A DNA stretch of 64,000 bases, from the NCBI GenBank assembly GCA_043228905.1, contig JBHGNT010000010.1, positions 2,356,001-2,420,000 on the forward strand, written 5' to 3'. The notes beneath the pieces are model-generated. The model saw only the letters and a list, made by a program, of their open reading frames with translations, searched no databases and was not told the origin of the DNA. Numbering within the stretch: position 1 is the stretch's first letter; every line of letters begins with the position of its first letter. Made by a program: the position numbers and the translations under genes. Source of the stretch: Azolla caroliniana. Lineage: Eukaryota > Plantae > Polypodiophyta. Shown one piece after another: positions 1-14,900 of this stretch.

Positions 1-2995
1 TCGAACCAAATGTTTAGCAACACCTCACCGCTTGGGAGTTTTCGTTGCTGAAAAACAAACATAGATCGTCTGGTCCAAATGTGCCAGACCGAGAAGCATG
101 CCACCAACATCCATATCTCCTCAAAAAAACCAGAGTTTGTACCAGGTTCTACTCCAACACTTTTGAATACACTGCCACCCTGCAATATAAAACCATGACC
201 ATGTGGATTTAATTGTTCCGCCCAACCTTCCTTAGTTAGTTTCAAACCCTGTAAGGACCCCCACACAACTCTCCCATTCACCCCGCATGCTGCCACTATC
301 CTGAGACTTCGACCCCAAATGCTGATTACCTCTGCACAATTCCAAAACAAGTGAGGTATCGATTCCAAAGAGTGACCACATAACATGCAACCAGCCTCCC
401 CACCACGAGACCTCATCCACTCCCCTACCGGTAACGCCTTATGACTAAGAAGCCAAAACCACACCTTGATTTTTTCTGGCATATCAGATGCCCATAGTCT
501 CCGCCAAAACGACTTCAACAAGTCATCTGATATGCCTTTATCCCTCCAACTATTGCGAGTTTGAGCAGCATCCACTGATTTGGAGCCAATGATTTGCCTT
601 CCGAGCTTAGTACTATAATCAAAAAACCCCACCAGTTTGTTCGTTCCCGGTTTTTGCCACCATACCTCTAGTGGATCCCACTCCAAATCATGTAGAGGCT
701 TGTTGTCCACTAGCCATAGTTTACAATCATTATCTAGCTTCCCTGGGTCTGGGTTTAATTGCCACTTCTTACCTTCCAACACTACCACCCGCACTGCCAA
801 CCACTGACCATTGTCGGACAAAGCACTTAGGTTTCCCCACAAACGATATTCATTAGATGGACACTTGCCATGGATAATTTGTCCATCACTCTCACCTACA
901 AACCACCCAGACCAGACCCCCTCTTCCTTATCCAACCTATCTAGACCATCAACAGCCTTATTTATCAGTTGGGTCACCTTCTCAAGCCTACAAGAAATGC
1001 TACCAAACTGACCCTCCCTCCTCTTCATTTTGAAAACATCCCACTCTCTTACTGAACTAACATTGTACCCTAACATGCGGCCCCATGGCAAATATTTTTT
1101 CTGTCCAAGCATCATGCCGTCCTCGTTTCTAATCCTAGGGTTCCAAAATAACGGTTGTCGGAGTTGTTCCTCCAATGTTTTCGGTTGCATTAAGACCAAC
1201 CCATCTCTTACACTTGACCAAGCCATCATTATGGCACGGGCCACCCTGTCCTCCATGCTATTTGGTTGTTTCAGCTTTAAATCTGGACTGAACAACCACC
1301 ACATCTTTGCCTTCCAAGGGCTGCCATTCCTTGGACACCAAAGGTCAGCTCTATCCCTAAGAAGCAACTTCCACAGTTCAGGACCAGGTTGTAAACTTCG
1401 CACAAGTAGCTTACCTAGTAAAGCTTTACTTTGGTGAACTGGATCCACCAACCCAAGTCCACCTTGGTTTTTCGCCTTGATCAAACAACTCCACGCCACT
1501 TTAGCTGATGCCCTCTCATGGTCTCTACCCGACCATAGGAACCCTCTCACCATTGCCTTAATATTTTTTATGCAAGTTTTGTCTAACACCCAACATGCCA
1601 TCGAGTGCCACATGGTGGCTAACAAAATGTGGTTTACCACGACCACCCTACCTGCAAGAGAGAGCTTTACTGATGCCCACACCCGAAGCTTTTTTCTGAT
1701 TTTGTCTTTCACTTGCTCAAGTTGCTGATTTTTGGGTGTCTCAACACCCACCAAAAAACCCAAATATTTAACAGCCATTCCATTGGGGACCCATTGAAAA
1801 TCAGCATTAGGGCACCAAAGAGGCCATGGGTTTGAACTTACCCAAAATCCCTTGCTTTTGTTCCAATTGATTTTCCCTCTTGATGCTCTACAAAACAACT
1901 CAATTCGAATTTCAGCAAGCTGTAAATTATCATCATTGCCTTGTAGATAGAGCATAGTGTCATCTGTGTATGATGAGTCCAACAACTCCTTGCCCGCTTG
2001 TGGGACAACTAACCCCCTTATTCCTGCATCTGGTTTGTTTAAAAAGAAAGAGAATGCCTCTGCAATAAATAAATAAAGGTAGGGGGCCAACGGGCACCCT
2101 TGCCTGACAGACTTGCATAATGGAATTCGTGGGCCCCGATGCCCTGACACCATCACCCTACTCAAACTTCCTTCGTAAAGGGCTAACGCAGCCGATCTCC
2201 ATTTGGAGGGTAGTCCCAACCTCTCCATCACTTTATCTAAGAAAGGCCATTGTACTCTGTCATACGCCTTCTCGAAGTCAAGCATGGACATGCAATATGT
2301 TGATTGGTTTTCTTTGCCAAGGCAATCGCCTCCCAAAAGGTCAACACATTATCAATTATGCATCTGTTTACCATGAATCCTGTTTGTCCAACATTAATTA
2401 GTGCATTCAAGTGGGGTTTGACCCGCTTGGCCAATATATTGGCAAAAATCTTATATATTGTGTTGAGCAATGTAATCGGTCTCCATTGCCTTGCATCAGC
2501 TATTAGGCCTTGTACCTTTGGAATTAGAAATATCAGCCCCTCTTTAAAATGCTCAGGTAAACGGCCAAGAGCCCATGCCTCATTAAGACCATCAACCAAG
2601 TCAACCTTAATCACGTCCCAAAAGTTTTCAAAAAAATCTCTTGATAATCCGTCGATGCCTGGACAAGACGTTCTACTTATACCCGCCAAAGCATCTGACA
2701 CCTCCTCTTCCAAGATTGGCCTTGACAAATGAACTTGTGCAACCTCTGAAATTCTTTGTTGCATACCCTCCAATACAAATTCTGTTAGATTAGGTTGTTC
2801 GGGGATACTAGAACTGTATGAGAGTAACCCACGATAGTGAGTTGTGATTGCCTCCATGATCTCTGACACATCCTCCGATGCTGATCCATCCTCCTTAATC
2901 AGCTTAGGATTGCAACTACAGTTTGATCTCGGCTTTTTATACTTAAAAAATTGATGATTTACCTTGTCCCCATTCTTGCTCCACCATGCCGCGGA
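1..2995 (-). mobile_element. Decayed L1-type LINE ORF2 (reverse transcriptase + C-terminal zf-RVT region), 5'-truncated, continues past window start
   Basis: ORF 2237-3028 has the LINE RT N-terminal motifs (SCPGIDGL, LIFLIPK, WRPITLLNTIYKI, QTGF). Frameshifted minus-strand continuation reads LDFEKAYDRV (~2260-2285), SVRQGCPLAPYLY (~2075-2115), YTDDT (~1960-1972), KYLG (~1760), KIKVWFWLLSHKALPVGEW (~420-475) and SVWHIWTRR (~65-92). Stops and frameshifts are present. Confidence 0.93.
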
Positions 2996-4513
2996 ACTCC
3001 TGAATAACATCGTGGTGGGGATCAACAAATTTATAATTGAGGAGTTATGGAGAACAGATTATGTTTATCCTAAACCATAGGAACCTCTTCCTCTTAGTGT
3101 TAACAATATGGGTGATCCAATAATTGATGCACTATGTCTAGCTTAATCCATGAATGCATGGCATCAACTAGGGTAGGTTCCTTGGGCATTTCAATAAACA
3201 TAAACGTGTTTGTTAGAGTTGCACGCAAACATGCATTAAATGTTTTTGCATTATAGAATGGAGTTTGTGTGTGTGTTCATTCACACATGTATTATTAATG
3301 TATCTTTATCACATTTTGGGCCCCAAGTGAAGAATGATTTGTTTGGACTATTGAAATAATTTTAAAGATAAAGAAGATCACCATGGTCCATATTACATAA
3401 TCACCTTCATTATGAGGTCTAATGTTGAAGGCCTTCAATAAGGGAAAGGTAGAGTTATCTCATAATCCTTCATGGGATTTAACTCTATGTGTTGTCCTTA
3501 AAAAGAAACATAAAACACAGTGGTCAATGAGTAGGGTTGTTGAGGAGTTAATACAATATGTGAATGCGGTTCTTAGATTTGTACGCCTAGGCATAAAAGC
3601 AACCTTACTTGGATGAGCTAAGGTTATCACATCGCCTCAAGCCATTATGGTTGTAACTTGTACATGTCAACTTCCTTAGAAGTACATACACTTACAACTC
3701 TTTTGTATTATTGGCAATTGCACCGTGCTCATGTGCAACAAATGGTCGCTAAATGTTTGTTCCATCGTGAGTATAATGGATGCTATCTTTGAGTGCTTAC
3801 ATACTTTCACATCTATACCTTTATGTGATGTTCACCTTTCATCGAATTGATTTAGAAGAACCATATTTAGCAAACACGTGACTTTTTATCAACGTTAATA
3901 GCCATTGTGTTATTGGGAAACAACATAAAGGTTATCTCTACGGAATAATCATTTACAAAAACTTTGTTCGATTGAAGCTAAAAAGAGTTACAAATTTCAT
4001 TGTAACACCAAATAGCTTTCTACTTTGTTTTGGCATGCTTCTTAGACAAGTGTATTAGATATCAAAATCAAAGATGTAGACCTTTATAAATCGGATTGTG
4101 AGACAAATTAATTAGTGTGGCATACACTTATGAGCCATATTTTCGTCGTCTTCTTCAACAATCACAATATGACATGAGTTATTTCATTAAACTTTTTTCA
4201 TCATTCCTTTTGTTAGAAATGGTAAATTTTAACAAAGTCCCAAGTAGCTTTGTTTGATTGGTGACCTTTTCTTCCTATGAAATACAATTGTGTTGTTGTG
4301 AGTATGGGGTGGGTGAGAATATACATGTTTGTTAAGCTTTTGGGGGCTCCTCCTAGGAGACCCAACTATGGCATCGTACAAGATTACCAATGTTGGAAAT
4401 CGGAGAATATATATGCATCCCGGATCGAGTAAAATCTAACACGAGATGGTTCTTATATAGAGGGGACAAGGATGCTTGAAGAGAGAGGGTCCACACATCT
4501 ATTCTAACCATTA

Positions 4514-7185
4514 CTACAACATATTTTCCCTCAAAGCTTTCTCACTATCATCATCATCATTATCACTATTATCATGAAGTGGTGAACAAGAAGGCTCCTT
4601 AATTGAGGAAGTTGTATGGTGAACATCAGATGGTGGGATAAAGAATTCCCATGCCAGGCCAGGCACATTGAAAGCCACTTCTTCAATGTTCCATGTCTCT
4701 TCCATCTTCATCTTTGTTCGGCTCGTGACATCCTTTTCGAATCCAAGTAATGTTACGACCGAGTGTCCAGAATGTGCCAGAGTTAGGCCATCCACGGTTT
4801 GATAATCTCGTAGTGACGATTCGATGAAAGTTTCCCAGAAAACGGGCTCGGACCCGGACACTTGGATACGTGTGAGGTGGGTATCTTCGAGGCGAATAAG
4901 CAATCCTGTCTTTTGGCTAAAATACCCAAAGAGGACATGGCTTATTACATCGGCAGTCCCATCGCGACGGCTGCTTAGTGTGGGCTGGTCGGCCGCAACT
5001 TTTAGGATGAAGCAATCCTCTTCGTCAATCCGCTTTTCTCCAATGCAGCGCGCGGTGATGAAAAGGCTTGCTATTGTCAATGGGTCAAGGCCCTAACCAA
5101 CCACAAATACAAGAGGTAAAGTTAGTGTAGACTCTAAAGAAGGGGTTGGACAATCCCTCATAACTAAGAAAAGTTTGTTATACATACATACCACAAATGT
5201 GTTTACATACACTTGTTTCTTAGACAACAAATTTACTAGAATGCATGACATGATATGTTGGAAGGTTTATATACATATAGTGACCCTCCCAGGATTGAAA
5301 TATTTCGTTCCCATTGCAAGAATATGATGGGTGTTTCTTCTTTTGTCATGGGAATGGCATAACATGTCACATTAAACAATTTCAAAACTCACTTGCAAAG
5401 CTCTTCTCAAAGGCCGGACGGGGCCTTTGGCTGCGTGTACACCGAGCCAGGGAGCGTGGCGCCAAATTAACTTGCCATCACATCCAGCTTGAATTGTGCA
5501 ATCTTCTAGAGCAAGCTCCATGTACCATTTATCTGGCATCATTTGCCAAAGAACAAACCATCCATTCTCGGCCGATTTTGTCGGGGTCTTGATGACTTTT
5601 TTCGCGGTTTCATGCTCAGTGGTGATCATCTTTACTTTCCCTGCAGCATATGAGTTATGGATTAGGCCCCCCTGTGCCTTTGCAGCTCCAGTTGCCGCCA
5701 TATATTGCCGCACAATGTATTGAGCGGACGATGTCTCCTGTCATGGGGTACCATCCATAAATGAAAGCATGTTAAACAAAACATTACATGCACATTGTCA
5801 TGCAATTTCCGAGAACTTGCAGAGATTTGATCTTTAGAGGGGAGGGGGCATTATTGATAGGCTGTAAATAATCGACAAGAACTATGAAAGTCATGTGGTC
5901 TTCATGAGAAGAAATTGGTAAGGAGGATGGGAGGTGAAATGTACATGAAATCACTTATTTTTCATTTTCAAAATATGTCATACAGATTTTCCCACCCATG
6001 TGAGAAAGAACCCATTTTTTTCCTTCCTGCATCGTATCCTTATGTGAAAATTTTTCCGATGTGCGAGATGACCCACTTCCTCTCATGTTTCCTTCTCCTT
6101 AGAGTGTTTAAGAATCAGAACTTCCTATGGGAAACATCCCCACTTTCCCTTGCCATTTTCTCCAACTCTGGAGGTAAGTTATTGTGACCAAATCTCTACT
6201 CCAGAAGCTTGTAATATTAGGTCACATTAATGTGGGAAAGATCAGTGGGCAATCGACATGAATGTGGGAATTATAATGGCAAATTCTAATGTTTAGGTCA
6301 TGGGCATTAATAATGGTGGAAATGCACCTGAATGTAGGAATTATAGTGGGAAAAATCGAACATAATAGTGGGAAATCATAACATTACTTCTTAATCGACA
6401 TGAATGTAAGCAGGAAACCATAACCTTAGGTTTTGTGGTCCCCATCTATTTGGGAATCATAATGGGAGATCTATGTCTAAAGGAATGTTATACAAAAGTC
6501 TGATGCTTATTGAGACCAAAAAATTAGGGGAACTAATATTCAAATGAACTAATAAATCTATGGCTTGTTAAGACATTTAATTCAATGCAAGAAAATAAAT
6601 TGGGATTCCTGTAGGAAATTCATGCATTCATTTGAGGGAAAAATCAACTGTATAAATCCATTGAACTTAGAGAAGAATAATGTAGGTGAATTATTTTTTA
6701 TTAAAACAACTATATTTATAATGTCGTGTACGAGATCCCTAATGCTTATCGAGAGAAGAATGGGTTGGAAAATCCGATGTACATATGGGACATGAACACC
6801 TAAACAATGTATATGAATCCATTTTCTACAGAATTTCTGTGTGACAAGAGATTTTGTGAATGTTCGGACATACCATTGAAGAATGCTTGATGGAGATAGA
6901 GGGTTGATCTGATGACAGAAGCAAGACAGGAACAGGAGAAAGGGGGCACCCGAGAATACCGAGAAGAATTCGAGGATCCGATCGTTTCTTCCCACTGATT
7001 TTCATCCAAGATCTCATATTCACCCACCATGAGGATGAGCCTTCATGATGCCTTACTTCATCTAGTAATTCATATTCACTCTCTGGAATAGGGCCTTCCA
7101 TTAGAGGAGCCAGAGCATCTCCCACCATGGGAAGAATTCCATGTCCATTGAGCCTTATCTTCCCATAGTGACTAGTAGACTTCAT
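4514..7185 (-). CDS. DUF620-family plant protein, 3 coding exons (7185-6874, 5737-5393, 5092-4514), 411 aa
   Basis: Exon 1 MKSTS...LAPLMEGP...RSDPRILLGILGCPLSPVPV...SIKHSSM ends at donor GTATGT. Exon 2 follows CAG and reads ETSSAQYIVRQY...GWFVLWQMMPDKWYMELAL...GCDGKLIWRHAPWLGVHAAKGPVRPLRRALQ, then donor GTGAGT. Exon 3 follows TAG and reads GLDPLTIASLF...EEDCFILK...GYFSQKTGLLIRLEDTHLTRI...MEETWNIEEVAFNVPGL...stop. All introns are phase 0 and the total is 1236 nt. The motifs match the plant DUF620 family as I recognise it. Confidence 0.93.
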
Positions 7186-7374
7186 CCTTTCTGTTCTCTA
7201 GGGTTAGTTGTGAAATAGACCAATGGTGATGGGCAATGGTGTTGATCTTGTGAAATGATGAGTTAGACCCCCCATTAGAGGAACAGAGCAATGAGAAGAA
7301 GCAGGGCAATGAGAAGAAACAGGGTAATGGTAAAGAAGGTAACGGCGAGAGATCAACAAGAAAATCAATGAAAC

Positions 7375-7377
<3 letters not shown>

Positions 7378-7408
<31 letters not shown>
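7378..7408. repeat. (GA/TC)n microsatellite in the probable 5' UTR/promoter of the DUF620 gene
   Basis: Pure GA run ~190 bp upstream of the minus-strand ATG; a (TA)n run follows at ~7599-7620. Confidence 0.85.
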
Positions 7409-7409
<1 letters not shown>

Positions 7410-7689
7410 AAGAGTCAACTCATCCCATTATGCTCTGCACACACCTCATCAGAAGAAGATGAAATGACAAAAGAACTAATAACCAGAAATTACAGAATTA
7501 GTCTCTTTCTTTGAGCACTATTGAAACTTCCCATTTTTAAGCATATAAAGGTTTATATACATACTAGATTAGGTTATAGATGATAGCACTATGTGGGTTA
7601 TATATATATATATATATATACACTCAATATCTATCACGTAGGAGAGGCATCGGCACATGCATCTACGATCTCTTGTACCACCACCACAT

Positions 7690-8383
7690 AGAAGATTTGT
7701 GTGTGAAAACTATCCGATCTAATGACACTCGCATGTAGGATCTCTCTCGTTCCTATATGTAGCATGGGATCATAGATTTTTTGTGTGAAAACCATCTTAT
7801 CTAATGACACTTGGCTTGTAAGATCTCTATCCTTCCTATATGTAGAGTGGGATCATAGATTTGTGTGTTAAAACTATCTGATATGATGACACTCGACTTG
7901 TAGGATCTCTCTCCTTCCTATATGTAGCATGGGATCATAGATTTGTGTATGAAAACAATTGATCCGATGACACTCGGCTTGTAAGATTTCTCTCCTTCCT
8001 ATATGTAGCGTGGGATCATAGATTTGTGTATGAAAACAATCTGATCCGATGACACTCGGCTTGTAAGATCTCTCTCCTTCCTATATGTAGCGTGGGATCA
8101 TACATTTGTGTATGAAAACAATATGATCCAATGACACTCGGCTTGTAAGATCCCTCTCCTTCCTATATGTAGCGTGGGATCATAGATTTGTGTGTGTAAA
8201 CTATTTGATCTAATGACACTCGCCTTGTAGGATCTCTCTCCTTCCTATATGTAGTGTGGGATCATAGATTTGTGTATGAAAACAACATGATCCAATGACA
8301 CTCGGCTTGTAAGATCTCTCTCCTTCATATATGTCGTGTGGGATCATAGATTTGTGTGTGAAAACTATATGATCTAATGACAT
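7690..8383. repeat. Minisatellite, ~82-bp unit x ~8.5
   Basis: The motif GGGATCATA recurs at 7766, 7849, 7931, 8012, 8094, 8176, 8258 and 8340. Unit is approximately GGGATCATAGATTTGTGTATGAAAACAATCTGATCCRATGACACTCGGCTTGTAAGATCTCTCTCCTTCCTATATGTAGCGT. Confidence 0.95.
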
Positions 8384-11300
8384 TGTTGGGAAAAAATGAG
8401 CTTTGATTTTCAGCCTCGAAATATATGTCAACACGTGAATATCCCATTTAATCTCCATGGAGATCTACACTACTTGCCCGCTACACATGGCAATGACAAT
8501 AACCAATGGATGCAAACAAATGGCATGACTTTCAATCTGAATGGGTTGTAAAAAAAAGAAATCTACTCATTACAACATCTCGTTTATTAATCACTCTTTA
8601 ATTAGGAAGTGAGAATTTCCTAATTGGGTCAAATAAAAAACTTGAATTGCTAATTAAGTCTATTGTACAAAGTGGGAATTTGATGTTTCTTTAAATTTTC
8701 TTAATTTTATGATTAGGAACCTTAACTTTGACAAAGCATACACCATTAATTTTGAGAGCAATAAGCATACAGTTTGAATTTATGATACATATATTAAGCA
8801 TATTTATGTAATAATAATACATAAGTTTGTCACATTTAGGCATAGGGAAGACAACATGCGAAACGGAAAAGTTTATAATGAAAAACATGGATTCAATGGA
8901 CTCATGGAGTGTGTACAAACAACATTATTTGAAGGTATGCATACATTGTATGGGGTTCTAACCATTGCAAAGAAACTCTATTTTTACTATTAAGCTTCCG
9001 TAATGCCCTTGAGTTTTTCTTTATTTCCCCAAATGTCGCTAGCTTTTGGTTTTTTCTAGGGATGTTAGTGGTCAGCCCTGTCATTTGAGCATTTATAAAT
9101 TCCATCAGTCCTTTTTTAAAATTGTTATTTTAACAACTATAAGTTTCGGTTCATCGCCGTCTCCATTTCTCCAAATTGAATGGGGACATTTGGGGAAACA
9201 AAGAAAACTTGATTATGCTTCGAGTTTTCACAGTAGTTGAAAGGTTTGATTAATTTACTTGTAATATTTGCCCAAAGAATTGAAAGAATATTTCATAAGA
9301 TAAATATTATCCCATACAATTAGTTGTCCTTACCTTTTAACCTTGCATATTGCATCTGCCCAGTTACAACATCTAAAGAATGATTCTTTTATCTCATACT
9401 TCAAATTGCATGCCAATGGTGTACCATTGTGATGGAGAGATCGTCTCAACTCACACACTCCTCTAGGGTGGGGTCTTAGCTTTTTTTAAAGTTTTTTGGT
9501 CCGAATGGATCAAAGATTGGCCGACAATGATTTACAAGCAATCCAATCTTTTGCCTATATGAAATTATCAATGTGTGGGCCACTAGTGTTCGTGGAAATA
9601 ACTTGAATCTATGCTCTAGGAAAATGCATTAAATTCATGAACTTTTTTTTAATATTGAAAAACATATAAGCTTGAACATAAAAGGTTCTAATTTAGTTTG
9701 TATCATTTTGATGTGATCTACACTTTCCTAACATTTCATGTATGAAAATGCTAATGAAATTGATTGCCCAAAACATAGGGCCAATCAGTTTAATGTATTT
9801 AATTGTCTGCATGAATAAAAGATAGATTACACATTTTATTTGGTCCGCTTTGAAATCTCTTAGACCACGATGACTTCCTTCTTTAAATTAAACTGAGATT
9901 AACCTAAAATTATCCATGTTTTTTCTCTAAAATAACCTAGGTACAAGTTAGCTCCTTGAAATTAATTAGTTGTTGTATGGATTGTGTATGTTTGTTCACT
10001 TCATATCTTTGGGAAAAAAATGATCATGAGCTACAAACGAGAGATTGTCGACCTCAACTAGATTGTTGGTTGTGCAAGGTGTATTACATGCTATGTATAT
10101 GAGTGGTTCAAACCACAGTAAAGACAAAAGTAACTATTATAGTTCATATATGTGCACATTATACATTGGCCATGTGCTCAATGGTGAACCCATGCACGCT
10201 TAAAATGTGAAGAATCCATCACTTTTGAAAACACTTCCCATCTATCAACGTAATACAACTCCAATTTAGCCACCACCATACCAACTTCTAAGGATGTGCA
10301 TTCACTCCTTTAAGCATATGAAGACTCTCACCTTTCCTCCATAAAATGGACATCAATATCCACTACACTACTTACACAACTCATCAAATAGAGTCATTTT
10401 ACAAATTTCAACAATTTTCCTATTTATAGATTAATGTTATGCCTCATGCCATTAACAATCACGTGTTACTGTAGCATGTGATCAGTGCTAAGATATAAGA
10501 ACATTGTACAGAAGCTACATTAGGGTGGAGCTAAATGAAGAACATGTATAAATTCTACATGTTGACTTTGTTGCCCAACTTGCAATATGTGGTAAAATTT
10601 CCTATTGTTAGGTGACATTGCACCTTACTACGGTAACAATCAAGCTCTAAAGCATAATGCATGATGTGCTAGAAGCTAAGAAGAACCTTCAAGATCATTG
10701 ATTCATTTTAATGTCTCTTTCTCATGTTATTCATGTGTTGTCTCGTTTATTAACCATTCATAGTTCTAGATAATATCACACTCCCTCTTGACTCTCTTCC
10801 TTCTAATTCATCCGTCAGTTTGTTAAATAATAAGGTGTTTATTATCACACTTCCTCTCACTTATTCTAAGTAGAACTTTGCATTTCAATTTAATATTTAC
10901 ATCTTAATTTGACATCTCTTAAAATAAAGATAAAGAAGTGTATTAACGAGTGATATATATACATACCATTTTGTTTGTAAAGAGTGCATTGTGCAATAAT
11001 CATGTGATCTTGTCATCCAATAAAGCATCACCAATCTCAACATTATCACAAAATTACTAACATGAGCATTTTGTCAAGTTTGCATTTCATTGGATTCCAA
11101 ACATTGTTTGTATGTTTGTGTTGTGTGCATACATTCAATACTTTTATTGCAACAACTTACCCGCTTTCTTATGGTTCCAAGCTTATCAATTCCAAAATTG
11201 ATTTAGGCTCGTTGGTTATTACCATTAGCCATTGAGCCCTTTGCATATTTTTGCATTGATCCATTATTGGAGCCTATAGAACACTTTCAAAATTTCTTAA

Positions 11301-14229
11301 TGATCTAATGAATATATTTATATTCTATACATATACGCTATTTAGAGTTGCCCTTAGACTTCTTCTGCTTTTTCGAGAAAAAATTGCTTCTCATAAGTTA
11401 GGTGGATTGCAGCAAACCAAGCTATGTACATTATAAGTATCTATAGATACTCTACTATTTATAGGTCACTTTCATATATATTTGGCTATCGTTGTGTGAC
11501 ACCTTAGATCAAACAAGGTGGGTCAATCGTTGTCCACATAATAGCAAATGACTGCCAGACAAAACCTACTATTTTTCAACAAGCATCAAGACATAGCTAG
11601 CAAGCTTCTAAACGCAACTAGACATCGAGTTGCCTTTACACTTACCATACATGTTTGTCATGACTCTCATGATATAGGTATCTTGTTTTATGCCCAATTT
11701 GTTTTAATATTTCTTACCTAGTACGTTGCAATAATTCTTTGTGGGCTTTCACCTCACTATGAACTTTCCCACCACTGATACGTTGCATTGCTAAGGCATG
11801 TGTATACATTACGCCACATGTTCATGATCAAGGTGCGAATAAGCTTTATTATGTGTGTGAGGTTCGCCATGTATTCACATTTCACAATGAGTGTACTTGG
11901 TCAACAAGACACGACAATATGCAGCTAATGAAATAGTTGTAGCTAATATAAAATGGGGCTTGGCTTCATAGGAATATGAATATGTTATGATAATGAAGAA
12001 GGCACTTGGAAAAACACCAGAATTTTAGGACTCAATATAAATCTCATGACTGAAAGAAATTTATTAGCATGTCGGTTGTCCCCAAGTACTTTCCTTTGGG
12101 AAACTATTGAAAAATTGGAAGCTTCTTACTTTAAACACTATGAATAGGTTCACAACGTGGTAAACAATATTTTTTCATTTAGAAATATGACTTTACCATA
12201 TTGTTACCCTATTGTTTTGCATTTTGAAATGAAATGGTACGAATAGGTTTCGTGAATGATGTTTTTGCATTTAGAAATATGACTCCCTCATGTTGTTACC
12301 AACTTACCTTATTGTTTTGCATGGTGAAACAAAATGGCATTGGCCAAACAAATACTACCTTGTAAGTGAGTGGGAATGTGCATGTAAAACCACAAACCTA
12401 ACCCATTTAACTTGGAATTGTTAGAAAATGAATAATTAGAAAAAGAGATTCAAATTTGCTTGTAAACTTGCCTATTAAGCAACTGTGTGTAGATAAAAAG
12501 AATTTATCTCAACAAGTATTTTTCTTCAAAATGTAATGATGCAATCCATCAAATAATAAGCTCAAAGTATTATGAACACAATATAATCAAAATGAAGATA
12601 GGAAACACTCAAGTTTAAATGAAATAGGAACACATGCAAAAACAATTGCATCGCATAATGTTAAAATATAGTTTAATTCTAGCTTTACCTAATGAAAGAA
12701 GTTGAGCAACAACTAAGAAAACATTGGTAGACTAAATAGTGGTCATTAAACCCAAGTTAGTATATTGACTTAATTGATTTTGGTATTTAATTAGAAATCA
12801 TGTCTAGTAGTTACAAAAATTTACAATAATCACAGATTGTCCTAATTAACAAGTATATACATATTAAGGTTTCCAACTTGTTTCGAATAACTTTCAATTA
12901 TACATGTGCCGTTACGTGAATCAAAATGAGTAGTCCTTGATCAACCAAAAATTTAGAGCCTATAATTGACGTCAAGGTTGCATATTTTGTTCATTATGGT
13001 ATTCAATAACAAGTTTCAACCATTTAAGTTGTAGCCTTCGGGCCTTTTTTCTTAATACTATTGAAGAAAATCCTTTAAAAAAAAACGAGTTTCAACTATT
13101 CCTAAAACTATTTTATCTTTATGTAGCACATAATGTTTGTTATGATCACAATGCTCTATTTGTTTGTGTAGCATTGTAAGCACATGCAATGATTCAAGTC
13201 ATGCATTTTGGCATTCAAAACAACCTATTTATTAATATATGGGATGCCATCTAATTGGGGGGCTTTCTACAAAATCTCTCATTAACAACATAATAACCAA
13301 TCATTGTCAATTAGTGTGGGAGACACTCTAAGATGGTCCCATTTGTTTGTTCGGGGGGCAAACTTTATGGGAGATCACTAGGGAAGTTTGCCCCCTAACA
13401 AACATGATGATTTGAAGTAAAACATATTATGTTATACTTTAGAAAACCTAGGAATGGGGAAGAAAAAGGTGAAATTTTAACGAATAAATAATTGACAAAA
13501 AAGTACATCTAGTGAGTGTGTGGAAGCATGTGTGTTGGTTGATGACATGAGATTTTTATGGGTTCAAGGATGTTAGAATTGAAAGCACATTATCTAAATT
13601 AGAACAAACAAACAAACATACATACATACATATGGATGTTTCAGACAAGATAGTTTAGTACGACATCACGACACGTGATTATATAATGTGTCCTTGGGCT
13701 TTGTTGCAATAATAATATTGTAATGCATTGTGAAGGTGCTAAAAGTAATAATTTCTTGATGATTCAATGAATACGATGACCTACGCATACACATCATTGG
13801 ACCAATGGTGGCTGTGTATGTACTTGTAATAATATAGCGTCAGTAACACTTTGTAATCACTACATTTGGAACAATTTGTTTTAGCATAATTAGAAGTACT
13901 CTTTAAAGTCATGTTATATTCACCAATTCACCATGGGTCTTTTTCTCTCTCTCCAAACAAGTGTTTGTCCATAGTGGTACTCGCATGCAAAGAGTATACA
14001 AGCATATAAAAAAAGCCAAGAATATGAATGATCATAGATTGTCAAAACAAGCTCGGAACATTGGAAACAATGTGCATAAAACTAGAGCAAAAATCTCTAT
14101 TTTGGTTGGGTGTTTGACATTATGAATTGGTTTAAGAGATGGGAAGTAAAAGACCTATTGGAACTCTCATGTGATGCTATGAAGTATATGTGATCATTGG
14201 GTAGAGTTACAGAGACACTAAGGATGAAG

Positions 14230-14640
14230 TCGCAAGATGCAAAGATGTCAAATTTGAAATATTACATTGCAAATATTAACCCCCAATATTGGCCCCAATA
14301 CGAGGTAAAAATGTCAAAACGTATCCAATCACATCTCACTACCCCCATGAGCCTTGGCTCTTGGAAAGCCTTAACACATCTTCAAACTTGTTCACACAAA
14401 TTAGGTGTTGAGGTATAGTATCATGGCATCATAACCCAATATAAACATATGCAAGTATGGAGTTAAAACCTAATGAATTAGGTGTTGAGGTAGTGTCATG
14501 GCATCATCGCCCAATATGAACATATGCAAGGTATGTAGTGAAAACCTAGTGGAGGATGAATATCACATACTTATCACATGCTCAATGTATAGGTAATTCA
14601 CGATAAATATGATGACTTGTTAGAAAAGCATGATAATGTA
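14230..14640 (+). mobile_element. Very decayed LINE ORF2 3'-end remnant (RTE-X/CR1-like C-terminus) with an internal ~79-bp tandem duplication
   Basis: Reads LKYYIANINP...LQTCSHKLGVEV...EDEYHILITCSMY, the same motif order as the remnant at 21075-21323. Bases 14398-14475 are duplicated at ~14477-14550. Confidence 0.6.
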
Positions 14641-14675
14641 TGTGTAAGTCTAAGTTGGCCACATCATGGAAGGTA

Positions 14676-14677
<2 letters not shown>

Positions 14678-14723
<46 letters not shown>

Positions 14724-14900
14724 ATAAGTAATAGCTTTTATTACAAAGGAACAAATACTGCCATGACTAACTCGCAACAAAGTATGGAACCCTTTTAGGG
14801 ATCTAAATGCTACTACTATGGCTATGAACTCAATCCCACACTACGCACAAATTCAAAGGTTGAATATGATGATATGTGACCTTGTAGAGTTCTCTCTCTT
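14678..14900 (-). mobile_element. ~190-bp dispersed element embedded in (TC)n, copy 1
   Basis: Colinear with 23958-24180 (shared CCATGACTAACT, GAACCC..AGGGATCTAA, AACTCAAT, GAATATGATGATATGTGACCTTG.AGAGTTCTCTCT). Flanked by TC repeats on both sides. Confidence 0.7.

Noticed and set aside
7690-8383. 82-bp periodic repeat as CRISPR-like array
   Set aside because: The whole unit is repeated with no variable spacer; it is an ordinary minisatellite.
9000-14000. Possible decayed DNA transposon (MULE/CACTA/Helitron) in the AT-rich spacer
   Set aside because: No terminal repeats or transposase motifs could be read with confidence; only a ~100-bp local duplication at ~12142-12340 was seen.
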